DNA from: an uncultured Methanoregulaceae archaeon
Lineage (GTDB): Archaea > Halobacteriota > Methanomicrobia > Methanomicrobiales > Methanospirillaceae
Assembly: GCA_963841015.1 (NCBI GenBank)
Contig: CAWJAX010000003.1
Span: 842,043-906,042 of the forward strand
Direction: 5' to 3'
DNA length: 64,000 bases
Shown: positions 30,234 to 42,272 of the stretch, piece by piece
How the letters are laid out: each line of letters begins with the position of its first letter
Numbering within the stretch: the stretch's first letter is position 1
Position numbers and translations under genes: made by a program
Notes under the pieces: model-generated
What the model saw: the letters and a program-made list of their open reading frames with translations, nothing else
What the model was told of the DNA's origin: nothing
Databases searched by the model: none

Positions 30234-31739
30234 TTATTTTTGGATGTACCACCCGGTCATGGTCTCATCAAGAATCTTTTCGCTGGTCGGTTTGGTCATA
30301 AGGCTGACCACAATCATTGCAACGACTGCAATGACAAATGCATAGAAGGAGAAATGCATCGGTAATTTTGCCAGCTTGAAGTAGGATATTCCGCCAAAGA
30401 TGAGGGATACAATCAATCCCAGCGCCATCGAGACGAGTGCACCTTCACGGGTTGCCCGTCTCCAGTATAATCCGGCAAGCATGGGTACAGCAAACGTTGC
30501 AAACATGATCCCAATCCCGGCCCAGATTAGCCAGACCAGCATATCCGGGGGACTGATGGCAAGGAGCAGCGTTACTGCTGCTGCTGCAAATACCGAGATC
30601 TGGCTGACAAGAAGAACCTGTTTGTCCGGTGCATCGGGTTTGAGGATTTTCTTGTAAATATCCCAGGAAAAGTAGGTCCCGATGGTCAGCATGAGACGGT
30701 CGGTTGTGGACATGACAGCAGCCAGCACAATCACTGCAAATATTCCCCACAGGAACATGCTGGGCAATGCAGCCTGGACACCATAGACAAAGACAAAGTC
30801 TGAAGCATTCGGGACTTTAGGCAGCTGCATAACACCCTCATTGACAAGAACGATACCGGCAAACCCGGAAAATTTGAGCAGGAACATCACGACTGCATAG
30901 ATCCCGAACGCTACGAGTGGCGCCCACTTAAAGGTATTTGCATTTTTTACTGACAGGATATTATTGATCACGTGAGGTGCGCAGGCAAGGCCGATGGTGA
31001 GGAGGAGGACAAACGAGAAGATATATTCCGGTGTAAATACAGCCCCCGCTCCGGTCACCCATGGATCAACATTTGTCGGGTTTACCGCTGCCATCACTTC
31101 ATTGATATGGGTGAATCCACCGGCTGCCATTATGACAATAGGAGCCATGATAAGGACTCCGAGGATCAGCATCAGGCCCTGAATGAGTGTTGTCCAGGCA
31201 ACTGCATAGAGCCCCCCGATAACGGTATAGAGGGTCACAATGGCCGCCCCGATGAGAAGTGCCATCCAGTGGGGAATCCCGAACAACCACATAAGGACAA
31301 TACTTATCGCCGTATACTGTCCGGCAAGATAGATCATCGATACAATGATTCCTGCAGTCGCACTCATGCCCCGCAATGATCTATCGCTCCCAAACCGGTG
31401 GGCAAGATAGTCCTGGACTGTCATGTACCCGGATTTTTTTGCAACGGCATGCATCTTGACACCAAAAAAGATGATACAGAATGCAATCGAAAGAGGGACG
31501 GCAAGCTGTTCCCAGATGGTAGGCCAGGCAAACTTATATCCCAGACCCGAGACACCCAGCAGGGACATCCCGGAACAGACAGACCCAATCATGAGAAAGG
31601 TGAATACCCAGAAATCCAGGGAACGCCCGGCAACGACATAGTCCGACATGTTCTGGATCTTTTTTGAAGCCCAGATTCCTATCGCGATCATTGCGATGAA
31701 ATAGATGACAACGAGAGCGGCTGCGACAGGATCAATCAT
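30234..31739 (-). CDS. Sodium:solute symporter (SSS family)
   Basis: DY.VAGRSL, T..DYL..RF, Y..IGGL.AV.WT..IQ, AAVMST.D, GLYWRRAT..GA. Confidence 0.95.
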   Translation of the reverse strand: MIDPVAAALVVIYFIAMIAIGIWASKKIQNMSDYVVAGRSLDFWVFTFLMIGSVCSGMSLLGVSGLGYKFAWPTIWEQLAVPLSIAFCIIFFGVKMHAVAKKSGYMTVQDYLAHRFGSDRSLRGMSATAGIIVSMIYLAGQYTAISIVLMWLFGIPHWMALLIGAAIVTLYTVIGGLYAVAWTTLIQGLMLILGVLIMAPIVIMAAGGFTHINEVMAAVNPTNVDPWVTGAGAVFTPEYIFSFVLLLTIGLACAPHVINNILSVKNANTFKWAPLVAFGIYAVVMFLLKFSGFAGIVLVNEGVMQLPKVPNASDFVFVYGVQAALPSMFLWGIFAVIVLAAVMSTTDRLMLTIGTYFSWDIYKKILKPDAPDKQVLLVSQISVFAAAAVTLLLAISPPDMLVWLIWAGIGIMFATFAVPMLAGLYWRRATREGALVSMALGLIVSLIFGGISYFKLAKLPMHFSFYAFVIAVVAMIVVSLMTKPTSEKILDETMTGWYIQK

Positions 31740-31843
31740 GAGGGTATCTCCTTGAACGTAAGTCCCCAGTAGAGCAATGCAATGATAATCAGGAGGAATG
31801 CTCCCCCGACTAAAACGATAGTTGTAGTAGGCAGTCCAAACAT
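31736..31843 (-). CDS. Small single-TM accessory protein of the symporter (35 aa)
   Basis: MFGLPTTTIVLVGGAFLLIIIALLYWGLTFKEIPS; ATGA overlap with the symporter start. Confidence 0.75.
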   Translation of the reverse strand: MFGLPTTTIVLVGGAFLLIIIALLYWGLTFKEIPS

Positions 31844-32287
31844 TCTATCAAAATACTTTGTGGTATGTTAACATATAACATAATCGAAATTTATTCAGCT
31901 CTTGGGCGCCAAAAGGTAAAAAGAGCCATATATAGACTCTGATATAAAATATTATATTTTTTCACACGGATAAATGAGGAATGCACGAATGCTATCGCTT
32001 TATTGCTCTTTTCTGTCATGGCTCTCCTGTATTTGGCTTAAAAGATTGTGGGGATTGCAAAAAGACGGGGACAAAAGCTACAAACGCCGATGCAGGACTG
32101 GTTTTCTCCCTGCAATCCGAGTGACATCAGCGTAATAGTATTTGGGGTAACCTACGTAAAAAATTCGCTCTATAGATGATACGACCCGGTTATACCGTAT
32201 TCTCCGGTTTGCACAAAATACGGATCAAAAACTGAATCTGAACATCATGGTTATTATATAATCGACAACCACCCCTTTCTTTGAAGA

Positions 32288-32827
32288 ATGAAACCTTTTT
32301 TTCAGTTTACAAATGGCTTAAAACTTATAGCAATTGCGCTCATCGGCTTAATAGGTATCATAGAAATCCCCCTTGTTGTTGGTTTATATAATCAGAATAC
32401 AGCAGGCGAAATATTCGGGCTGGTTGTATCCATCTTTATCCTCCAGCCCCTGGCTGTTGCTATCGGACTCGGGCTCGGTATACATCCCGTTCAGGTAATG
32501 CTCATTATGGTGTCATTTGGTATTACGGTTATTTTGGTAGTATTCGGAATATGTGATATGTTTGCAGAACGATCGGATTGGCTCAACGGGCACCTTAAGA
32601 AAATTGAAACAATTACTCAAAAATCCGAAATGTTCAGGAAATATGGAATGTATGCTTTTATTCCTTTCATCTGGGTTCCTGGTGTCGGACTATATGGATG
32701 TATCATGATTGCATGGCTGTTCAAATGGAGGAGTGTACGGGCAGGAACAATTATTCTTTCAGGATGGATTCTTGCAGCACTTATTGTCCTGCTGACATCT
32801 ATCGGGATTTTTCAGATTATCCGATAA
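32288..32827 (+). CDS. Small multidrug export family membrane protein
   Basis: Multiple TM segments; KYG....IPF..VPGVG.Y motif. Confidence 0.75.
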   Translation: MKPFFQFTNGLKLIAIALIGLIGIIEIPLVVGLYNQNTAGEIFGLVVSIFILQPLAVAIGLGLGIHPVQVMLIMVSFGITVILVVFGICDMFAERSDWLNGHLKKIETITQKSEMFRKYGMYAFIPFIWVPGVGLYGCIMIAWLFKWRSVRAGTIILSGWILAALIVLLTSIGIFQIIR

Positions 32828-32888
32828 AAAAAGAAAAGATATTGCTGAAATCGTAATGATGGTGCTGCCGATATGCAAATAGAGACGT

Positions 32889-33527
32889 TTAGGTTTTCAG
32901 TGTTGCTTTGCTCTCGGAGATTCGCTTTCTGAGTTCCTGTGCAGCTGCGGTAATATCCTTACTACCGACCACAGAAGAGATCACCGCCACACCGTCTGCT
33001 CCTGCTGTGATAACCTCATGTACATTGTCCAGGTTTATCCCCCCTATGGCAATTACCGGAACAGAAACTTTCTGCCGTATTTCCCGTAAAACCCTAAGAC
33101 CGCGACCAGGTCCTGCATCATTTTTCGATGCCGTGGAAAATATTGGGCTTACAGCAAGGTAATCTGCACCATCCTGTTCTGCCTTTAAGGCTTCATCAAC
33201 AGTTCCCACAGAGACCCCGATAATAAAACCAGGCGGGGCAATCTGCCGGGCAACGCCAGCACGTATGTCATCCTGCCCGAGATGAACACCATCTGCTCCG
33301 CAGGCAAGGGCTGCATCAAGACGATCATTGACAATGAACAATGTACCGGTTTTCATCGTTATGGTGCGGAGAACCCTGCCGATCTGACAGAGCTTCAGGC
33401 ACCCGCACGTCTTGTCTCTTAACTGAATGGCATCTGCTCCCCCGGCAATTGCCCGCTCTGCAATCTCTGCGTGGGTTAAACCACCGGCAATTGTCTCATC
33501 GGTAATGACATACAGGGCGTACTTCAT
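32889..33527 (-). CDS. thiE: Thiamine-phosphate synthase
   Basis: LYVITD, QLRDK, IVNDR, GVHLGQDD, T.SK, AIGGI. Confidence 0.97.
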   Translation of the reverse strand: MKYALYVITDETIAGGLTHAEIAERAIAGGADAIQLRDKTCGCLKLCQIGRVLRTITMKTGTLFIVNDRLDAALACGADGVHLGQDDIRAGVARQIAPPGFIIGVSVGTVDEALKAEQDGADYLAVSPIFSTASKNDAGPGRGLRVLREIRQKVSVPVIAIGGINLDNVHEVITAGADGVAVISSVVGSKDITAAAQELRKRISESKATLKT

Positions 33528-33537
33528 GATACCATGA

Positions 33538-34338
33538 TTATCGTGTCCTTATCCTTGCACCAGATATCAGATCTTCAGGTTTTAATGCTGCCATCTCATC
33601 AAATAGTGCAGTCTTGAACGAATACGGACCCCTTGCACCGGCAGCTGCTCTCTCACCGGCTAAGCCGAATGCCGCCAGTGCTGCTGCCGATGAAATGACA
33701 GGACTGTCAGCTGCTGCAGAAAATGCCCCAATGACGGATGCTGCCATGCAACCAGTACCGGAAATACTGCCCAGCATCGGATGGCCATTTTCCACAAGAA
33801 GATGGCTTTTGCCATCAGTCACGATGTCCGTTGCACCGCTTACGACTACTGTCAAACCAGCTTCTTTTGCATAGTGTTGTGCAATCCTAAACAAATCACC
33901 AGTCACACCACAAGAGTCAACCCCTCTCACGTGTGCTTCTGCACCGGCAAGGATACCTATCTCCCCGGCATTACCCTTGAGGATCGTTATCTTCAGTTCA
34001 TCGAGCAGCCTCTGTGCACTTTCGGTCCTGAACCGGGTCGCACCGGCTCCTACAGGATCAAGAATAATCGGGACCCGCCGATCGTTTGCCATGCCCCCGG
34101 CAAGCAGCATTGACTCTATCTGTCCCATGTTGAGTGTACCGATATTGAGGACAAGTGCACCGGCAAAGGTAACCATTTCACAAACCTCCTCCGGGGCATC
34201 CGCCATAACCGGGGCAGCACCGGCAGAGATCGTGATATTGGCACAGTCATTGACCGTGACATAATTGGTAATATGATGGACAAGCGGGCGCTTCTCCCGC
34301 ACACTGGCGAACACCTCAGAGATTTGTGTATTTTTCAT
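33538..34338 (-). CDS. thiM: Hydroxyethylthiazole kinase
   Basis: [44 protein letters not shown]. Confidence 0.97.
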   Translation of the reverse strand: MKNTQISEVFASVREKRPLVHHITNYVTVNDCANITISAGAAPVMADAPEEVCEMVTFAGALVLNIGTLNMGQIESMLLAGGMANDRRVPIILDPVGAGATRFRTESAQRLLDELKITILKGNAGEIGILAGAEAHVRGVDSCGVTGDLFRIAQHYAKEAGLTVVVSGATDIVTDGKSHLLVENGHPMLGSISGTGCMAASVIGAFSAAADSPVISSAAALAAFGLAGERAAAGARGPYSFKTALFDEMAALKPEDLISGARIRTR

Positions 34339-34478
34339 GGGGATTCTCCGGTCTTTAAAAATCCTGGTATCTTTGAACAGGAAGTCAAAGAGTAGTTTAG
34401 ACGGGGATTTATTAAATCATGTCCGCGCCGGCTGTAAAGGACAAAAAACGGTAATTCCGGTTTGCCAGGGTAATTTTG

Positions 34479-37111
34479 TCATCGTGTGAGTTCTTCCAGC
34501 GTCGCCAGGAGCATATCGATTTCATGATCCGTGTTGTAAAGTGCAAGGCTCGCCCGCACCGTCCCTTCGGGTAATTTGAGATAGTCAGTCAGCGGCTGGC
34601 AGCAGTGGTGTCCGGATCGCACCATGATATCCGCAGTCTCATCAAGCTGCTGGGAAACTTCATGCGGGTGCATGCCATCAACGGTGAATGAGACCACCCC
34701 AATTCCTGGGACGGGATGAGAAGGAGCAAAGACATGAACGTGTTTGATCTGTGCCAGCCCGTCAATCAACCGATTCGTAAGCCCTTCTTCGTAGTTTCGT
34801 ATCTTTTCCATGCCGACTTTCTGGAGATATTCAGCAGCAACGCCAAGACCGATCCCCCCGGCTATATTGGGGGTGCCGGCTTCGTATTTCTGGAAACCTT
34901 CTGCGGTTTTGAAACCTGTGGCGGTTACCGTCTCGACCATCCCGCCGCCGAATATCGAAGGCTCAAGCACAGGTTCCTTCATCCAGAGTACTCCTGTTCC
35001 GGTAGGCCCGAGCATCTTGTGACCCGAAAAGGCAAAAAAGTCACAGCCCAGACGAGCAACATTTACCGGCAGGTGAGGTACTGACTGGGCGCCATCAACC
35101 AGCAGGAGGATGCCTTTTTCGTGGCAGATCTCTGCAATCTCTGGAACAGGAGTAACCACGCCGATAACGTTCGATGCATGACTGATCGTGATAAGCCGGT
35201 GGCCGGGGTGATCGCCCGTTTCAGTGCATCAAGATCAAGCGAGTAGTCAGCGTTTATACCGACGACATCGAGGCTTACTCCCCACCTGGTGAGATTTCTC
35301 CACGGCAGCAGGTTTGAGTGATGCTCAAGAATTGTGGTGATCACACGGTCCCCGGTTTTCCAGACAAGCCCCTGCGCAACCATGTTGATTGCTTCAGTGG
35401 TATTTTTGGTAAAAACCGTGACTCCATCGTTACCGCCAATAAACTGTGCGACTTTGTCGTGGGCATGCCAGTAACGCTGTGAGGAGATCCGGGTGAAACG
35501 GTGAACACCCCGCCCCACATTTGCCCGGTAACGGTGTTCAAACTCGACCATCGCTTCAATAACAGGCTCCGGAGAAAAGCTTGTTGCTGCATTGTCGAGA
35601 TAAATGATGTCACCGAGAATCGGGAAATCCTTGCGGATCTCGTTAACCGCAAATCCCGCACCAGACTGTTTTTCGATTGTTGGTTCCATGGTTGTTCCTT
35701 CCTTCATATCAACGGATTCCTTCTTTCTCATGGGGACGGTCTGCAGCGTATAATCATCATTGACATTAATCCCCTTCGATTTACACAATTCCCTCATTTT
35801 CGGGGGCAATGCCCGCCAGCGCCAGAGCCCCCACGAGCAAAAAGACTCCGGAAACCCTTTTTTATCAGCCCATGTATCGAGGAATGCATCCCACCGCTTC
35901 GCATACTCAGGATGGATGATCCGGAGTTCCTCATACTCACTTTCAAGCATCGCGGGGCAAAGGTAGCATCCGATTCGTTCGAGTCCTTTATCGTAAAGCG
36001 GGTTAATTTCCGCTTTCTGCCACCATAAATAGAGGAATACTTCAAGCGCCCGCCAGTTCCTGATCGGTGAGACGTTCAGCTGGAGGGGGTTGGCCGGATT
36101 CTGGCTCGTCTCATCAAGGTCAGCCCGGTTCCAGGATTCGTACCAGCGGTTTCCCTGTATCGTAACGCACGGCCCAACCCCGGCAAGGTAGAGCTTGAGC
36201 GGGTGTAGTTTCAGAAGTTTGCAGCACCAGCGGTTATCCTTTCCCGGAGGTCCAGCCTTCTCTACGGCCTGCCAGAAGTCCCCCGCTTTCTGGACGACCT
36301 CGACACCCTGGGATCGCACAAACTCCACTGTTTCGGGAAATTCGATACCGGTGTCAATAAAGAATGCTTTTGTTACACCGGCTTTCCGTGCAAGATGCAG
36401 GATTGCAGTACTGTCCTTACCTCCTGAGAAGGAAACATTTGCAGTCGGACGGTCATGGATATGGTGTTTAATGCTGCGGATGGCATTGCGCTCCAGGTTC
36501 TTTAAATGGTACCGGTTCTTTTCGATTGCTACATCCCAGCCGGGATTTGGCGGTGTGCGGAAAGCGACGGCAATGAGCTCTCTGACTTTGACCGAGCCCT
36601 CTTTGACCATGCCAGTCCCGAACCGGTTTTTATATTTCACAATCACCGTACCCTCAGGTGCAGGAATTTTGAGGGGAATCCTTTTGCCACCGATCCGTCC
36701 CTGCTCTTTTCTGGCATCGGTCTGGAGATCAAGATCCACTATCCCCTGCTTCACGAAAGACAGGATATACGGGAGTGCTTCCGGCGCGAGATCGAAACTG
36801 AACTGTCTCGATACCGGATCGAACGTGAGCCAGCCAAACCGTTCCCCGTGCATTATCACCAGATCCGCACGATCAACACCGCCGGTTTTGTTCAGGAGAA
36901 GAATTTTTGCAAGAGGAACAGTGCCAAAACGTTCATGGACGAGTTTTTTGATGAGTGCTGCATCCGCTGCAAGTGCAGGGCGGACATCGTAAGGCTGGAG
37001 AAGCTCGATCTTTTTCCCCTCGTTACCACACGCACAGCTCTTTGCAATCAGCGGGACATTGCAGGTCTCGCACCAGTAAAGTATCTTTTTTACCGGCGGT
37101 TCGCGTAACAC
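34479..37111 (-). CDS. PAPS-reductase-family (PP-loop, Fe-S) domain fused to a SufS-type cysteine desulfurase; -1 frameshift near 35198
   Basis: Zn ribbon WCETC..CAC, SFSGGKDS, WCCK..K, IGCYLC; same frame continues into IYLDNAATS and EHHSN; after the shift HASNV, DGAQS, SGHKM, RSGHHC. Confidence 0.9.
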
Positions 37112-37280
37112 ACACAGTGATTTCGCGCTTCAGGAGATAAGAGAAACGATCGGGGGATATGTTTAAGGTGATATTTTAACCTTGGATAACCGTTAATTGA
37201 AAAGATCCTCGGGTAGTCCCGCATTTTCAACACTAAAGTATATAAAAAGGGAATCCTGAATCAACATTGGTGAAGGTACC

Positions 37281-37685
37281 ATGGTGAAATTAACCGCAGA
37301 GATGAAGGAGGCTTTCGGGAAGATGAAGGTGTTCCCGGTTGCCACGGCGACAAAAGAGGGAACTCCGAATGTAATCCCTCTCGGGATTGCATGGCTCATG
37401 AGTGATGATACCGTCTGGTTTGTGGACAATTTCATGAACAAGACGCTTTCCAACCTAAGGGTTAACCCCAGGATCGCGTTCTATCTCTGGGGACCCGAGA
37501 TCAAGGGCTGTTACCAGGTCAAAGGTGTAGCGGAAATCAAAGCCAGCGGCAGGGAATACGATGAAATGAAGGCAAAGATCAATGAGAAGAACCCGGCTCT
37601 CCCGGCGCGCTCTCTGGTCATCGTTAAGATAACCGAGATCTTTGAGTGCAAACCCGGACCTACAGCCGGGGCTAAAATTCTCTGA
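37281..37685 (+). CDS. Pyridoxamine 5'-phosphate oxidase-like FMN-binding protein
   Basis: VATA.K.G.PNV, DNFM.KT..NL..NP, YQVKG, PGP.AG. Confidence 0.88.
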   Translation: MVKLTAEMKEAFGKMKVFPVATATKEGTPNVIPLGIAWLMSDDTVWFVDNFMNKTLSNLRVNPRIAFYLWGPEIKGCYQVKGVAEIKASGREYDEMKAKINEKNPALPARSLVIVKITEIFECKPGPTAGAKIL

Positions 37686-37770
37686 TTTTTTTAATTTCTT
37701 ATTCTTACAAGAAAGGGCAAGAAGATGCCAGCAGTATATACGAAGAGTGATTTTGGTACATCACTCTTGC

Positions 37771-37995
37771 TTACGCTTCAATATTGATGATCTGCACCGG
37801 GCAGAGATCTGATGCTTCCTGCGCACAGGCTCCGTGTTCTTCAGTGATCGTCCCCTCAGCAATGTTGCCATTGATCCGGTATTTTTCAATGATCCGGCTG
37901 AATGAATCATCCGGGTCCTGCTCAAACAATCCCGGGCAGGTTTCCCAGCATGAACCACAGCTCACGCATGTCGCACGTTCAATAATCACGTTCAC
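37771..37995 (-). CDS. Single-cluster [4Fe-4S] ferredoxin
   Basis: CVSCGSC...CP..F and distal A...CPVQII. Confidence 0.9.
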   Translation of the reverse strand: MNVIIERATCVSCGSCWETCPGLFEQDPDDSFSRIIEKYRINGNIAEGTITEEHGACAQEASDLCPVQIINIEA

Positions 37996-38136
37996 ACGTA
38001 TTCACCTTGATTACTGGTTCATGGTTAAGCCGGAACAATAAAGGTGCCGGTTGTACAACAGTGCTGCTTTTTTGTAAACGGTATATTACACCGAGCAGGT
38101 GCAAATCCACACATCTAAATATACACCCGTTTTGTA

Positions 38137-38908
38137 TTATTTTGCACGGTAATTTTTGATCATCAGCGTACCTTTCCCACGGTTGGCTATATCGCCTTTG
38201 AACACATCTGCGGTAATCTTCCATTCAGGGAGCATTTTTCTTTCAGTTTTTTCAAATGTGGGAATCATATCATGGACTGTCCCAAGAATCACGCATGAAC
38301 CATCCTTCATGTTAGCACAGGGACGGGTTGCTTCACCTTCGATAATCAGCTCTCCGCCACGCATCTCCACACCAGGGAAATCTCCGGCACTCCCATGAAT
38401 ATGCACCCTGCCACCTGCAAGGTATTCAGCACAGAAATCACCCGCATTGCCAAACACCTCCACGCTCCCACCCTGCATACCTTTTTTCTCACCACGGTAA
38501 CCGGTCGCGCAATAATGGCCGGCATTGCCACGGCAGAGAATCGTCCCGCCACGCATCTCGCGCCCGAGCCAGGCATCCGCATTTCCAAGGATCTCGATCG
38601 TCCCCCCGCTCATGAAATTCCCGCAATGCATACCGATATCCCCGCTGATCAGGATACTGCCGGTATCCATGTATTCCCCTACCCGCTTGATTCTTGATGT
38701 GTCACCTTTGAGAACAACCTCGATATTTTCCGGGGAAACTGCAGTGCCTTCAACAAAGATCCAGAACAGTTCGGAAAGCGTGCGTTCCTTATTACCCTCA
38801 TATACCAGAAGATCCTGTACCTTTCAGGAAATTGCGGGGAATGATTGCTTCTGCTTCTATGGGGAGGGTGGGCTTTTTACGCACCTTGCTCTCAAGGATC
38901 ACCCTCAT
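38137..38908 (-). CDS. fwdC: Formylmethanofuran dehydrogenase subunit C; +1 frameshift near 38815
   Basis: PIEAEAIIP, EGN..R.LSELF, KRVGEYM, GxxMxGG repeats, GDIANRGKG. Confidence 0.92.
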
Positions 38909-40606
38909 GTGAATGCCTCCGTATCAACCCGGCGCCCCCTGGGGAGATACAGGTCCTGTACCGGGTAATTGCTCATTCTCACCGTGTAGAACTCCTGGAA
39001 CCTCCGGATGAATTCAGGATCGTTGTCAACACGGAGATCTTCGGGAATTTTTGCATTTGCCCAGAACGTGGCATTTGCACCATCGACAACAATCTCCCCC
39101 TCCCGCGATACCACTCGTCCCCTCTTTATCGTGTACCGGGTCTTCTGGAAGCCTTCCACTACTTTACGATATTCCCGGGCAGGGTCAACGGAATCAGTCC
39201 GGATGGGGTAGATCGCAATATCGGCTTCTGCACCAATTCCCAGGTGTCCTTTGCCCTGGTTGATGATACCCAGGGCCTTAGCCTGCCCTGCACGGGTCAT
39301 AACGGCAATATCATGCCAGTCCATCTCCCGCTCAAGAGCACAAAGCGAAGTTCTTTTCTCCGTATCAGCATGGAGCGTGGCACATTCCTCGTCACGGTAC
39401 CGCTTGCTCATCAGGAGACCTATCACTTCAGGGTACTTCACGAACGGAGCACCATTGGGATTGTCTGTTTCGAGCAGGCACTGCCAGGGGCTTTTCGTGA
39501 GAAGTGCCAGTTCAAGACCGATAGCCCACATTATACAGTTAACTGCACTTTTCTTGGAGTAGGTAACGGGGATAATACCGGATCCTGTTTCCAGCTCCAC
39601 GTCATGGTTGCTCCACTTGTTGTGGTGCAGGCAGTGAAGATTGAACTCCATGGGTCCGTCAGCGGTCATGGTCATGGTCCGGCAGAACATGATCTGGCCC
39701 ATGTCAATGACAATCTGGGGTTTGCTGTTGACCGATCGCGTAATGTCTTCTGCCTTTGAACAGATATTGCGCCATGTCCCGCCACCGTATGCGTGGAACT
39801 GCACATGGGTGGCATACAGGGTCTGGCGATCAGGGTTTAAATCAGGCACGAGCTCGAACGTATCAAGGGTGGTCTGGTAATTTCCGGGCTTTCCCAGGTT
39901 ATTGCAGTGCAGGTGCACTGAATGAGGGAGCCGGAGGCAGCTCGTTTGCCCGTATCATGGTGCTGATGATCTCGGCAGGTGTTACCTCAAAGTGCGGAAC
40001 CTTTTCATGGATGCTGGTTAAGTCCTCGCCCCAGCCCCAGGCTTCAGTTCCACCAGGGTTTGTCAGTTTAATCCCGTAGCCTTTTACCGCATTTAACGTC
40101 CAGCCGACGACAGCAGCTGCCTTTTTGATGTTCTTCTCCCGCACCGCGTCCATGACTGCCCAGTTGCCGTCAAAGAGGGTGTTTGCCATCATGTCCTGGT
40201 GAGGAGTCGCCGTGAATTCTTCATGGGTGTGCCGGGCTTCAAGAGGTGCCATCGCACCTTCGAGCAGGGTCGTATAGCCCATGGCACTATACCGGTAGCT
40301 GTTCCCGAACGTGGTGGGGACGTAGTATCCGCTCGTCACATGCATCTTTCCATGCCGCCGGGTCCTGCCAGCCCGCATATCCTCAGGGCTCATGTACCGC
40401 CCGAAGTTCACCTTGGTACCGCAGACATGGGTGTGGGAGTCAATGCCTCCGGGTAGCGTAAGACACCGTTGTGCATCGATCATTTCAGACCGGTCAGATA
40501 CTGATTCCACAATCCGTCCGTCACGGATCGCGATATCCATAATTTCGCCGTTGATACCCCGTATCGGATCAATGACGCATGCATTTTTCACCAGTAACTC
40601 AGTCAT
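38905..40606 (-). CDS. fwdA: Formylmethanofuran dehydrogenase subunit A; +1 frameshift near 39938
   Basis: PGGIDSHTH, EARHTH, NPGG, PHSVHLHCNNLG.PGN, HVQFHAY, E.GSG, TD.PNG. Confidence 0.95.
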
Positions 40607-41892
40607 GGTCCCATCCCCCCGTTTAAACGATCATAGATCTTTTTTAAGATTTCTGCGTCATCAGGATACCCGCGTTCGATCACTTTTTTCAGCCGTATGG
40701 GCACCCCGTCCATCCGGTATGCGGTTCCCGCGGCATCAATACCTGCAGCTGTGCAGGGAATATGGATACGGGAGAGGGCAGTTGTGGCATTCACGTGTGG
40801 ATCAATAACCACCGTGGGGATCTTTGCAAGGTGGGCAGCAGCGTCCCGGGGGAAGTTGGCACCCGGATCGCTTGCCACGATAAGAGCGGCGTCGCATTCT
40901 TCCCGCCGCAGGATATCCACGGCAGTTGTCTCACCCGGGTTGTAGAATGCAATACCCCGGGCAAAATCGACAGCAAAGGGATACCCGGTCATCCAGGTGA
41001 AGACTTCATTGGAACCATAGACATTCCCATGCCCTCTCATGGGGGAAATTACAAATTTCGTATGCCGGTTAAGTTCATCGGTGAGCTCAATGGCATTTCT
41101 GATGTTCTTGTATTTTCCCCGGCTCATGGTCAGCCCGAGACCAAAGAAGATCGCGCCGAACTTTGCGTTTTTGCACAACTCTGCGACACGGATCAGTTGC
41201 TCTTTTGCAATACCGGCAACTTTTTTGGGGACGACCGCCTCTTTCCCCCTCACAATTGCCCGGAGGGCGGAAAGAACGGCATAATCACCTCCGGGTTCAA
41301 CCTGCAGGAATTCATCGGCAATTCCCGTGGTGTCGTTCCTGCGGGTATCAACTACAATCACGGTGCGTTCCCGTTGTGCATCCGGTACAAAAAAGCCCGT
41401 GGCGTAGGTGGTATACCTGCTCATATGGCGGGGATGCGCCTCGATCGGGTTGCATCCCCAGTAGATGATCACATCAGCCCTGTTTTTTACCTGCCCGAGA
41501 GTGCAGCCGGGGTGGCCAACTTCCTGGATTGCAAGGATGGACGGGCCATGACAGACGGTGCTTGTATTGTCAATAACCGCCCCGATCAGCTCGGCAATAT
41601 GGACACCCACGCTCTGTGCCTCCCCGTGCGTGCTGCTCCACCCGTACAGGAGCGGCCGGTCTGCTTCTTTTAAGATATCCGCGGTCTCTTTAATCGCCTC
41701 ATCGTACGAGATATCCTCCCAGCCGGTTTTTGTACGGCGGATTGGGCTTGGCAGCCGGGTATCATGCATGAACGTTGCCTCGGCAAGGGAGCAGCCGTTC
41801 TGCACCCGCACTACCCGGTCTCCCTCCACCTCAAGTTCGAGGTCATCGCAGAGACAACCGCAGAACGGGCAGACCACATCACTCACGATCAT
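40603..41892 (-). CDS. fwdB: Formylmethanofuran dehydrogenase subunit B (Mo/W-pterin, Cys ligand)
   Basis: CPFCGCLCDD, VCHGPS, TLGQVKNRAD, HPRHMSRY, PMRGH.NV, YRMDGVP. Confidence 0.96.
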   Translation of the reverse strand: MIVSDVVCPFCGCLCDDLELEVEGDRVVRVQNGCSLAEATFMHDTRLPSPIRRTKTGWEDISYDEAIKETADILKEADRPLLYGWSSTHGEAQSVGVHIAELIGAVIDNTSTVCHGPSILAIQEVGHPGCTLGQVKNRADVIIYWGCNPIEAHPRHMSRYTTYATGFFVPDAQRERTVIVVDTRRNDTTGIADEFLQVEPGGDYAVLSALRAIVRGKEAVVPKKVAGIAKEQLIRVAELCKNAKFGAIFFGLGLTMSRGKYKNIRNAIELTDELNRHTKFVISPMRGHGNVYGSNEVFTWMTGYPFAVDFARGIAFYNPGETTAVDILRREECDAALIVASDPGANFPRDAAAHLAKIPTVVIDPHVNATTALSRIHIPCTAAGIDAAGTAYRMDGVPIRLKKVIERGYPDDAEILKKIYDRLNGGMGP

Positions 41893-42272
41893 AGCGCAGC
41901 CCTCCTATCTCTTCCATAAGTTCTCCGACACTCAGAATCCGGTCTTCGGTCGGCTCCACATCTACGGACTGGCTTTTGAAATCGGGCATGCCGGTGCCGT
42001 GGGTTTCTGATGAGATGATGTGGTTTGCATAGGGCCCAATCGTCACAAAAATCTCACCACGGGTTACTCCCTCAGACTGAAAGGGCGCTCAGTACGATAG
42101 AACCGGTAGAGGTAGTGATCCTGATCCGGGCTCCGTTCTCGATTCCCAGCACCATCATATCCACAGGATTGAGGAAACAGGAAGACGTTACAGCACGGTA
42201 CGCATCCGAACCCTTGTGTTCGACTGCTGCCCCTTGTGGGACGGTGCGCCCGGTGTTGAGGATGCACTTCAC
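41879..42272 (-). CDS. fwdD: Formylmethanofuran dehydrogenase subunit D; +1 frameshift near 42085
   Basis: LNTGRT..QG, NP.DM, then in the shifted frame GPYAN....THGTGMPDFK. Confidence 0.92.

Noticed and set aside
34340-34478. TPP riboswitch upstream of thiM-thiE
   Set aside because: The gap is short and lacks the conserved CTGAGA core on the minus strand.
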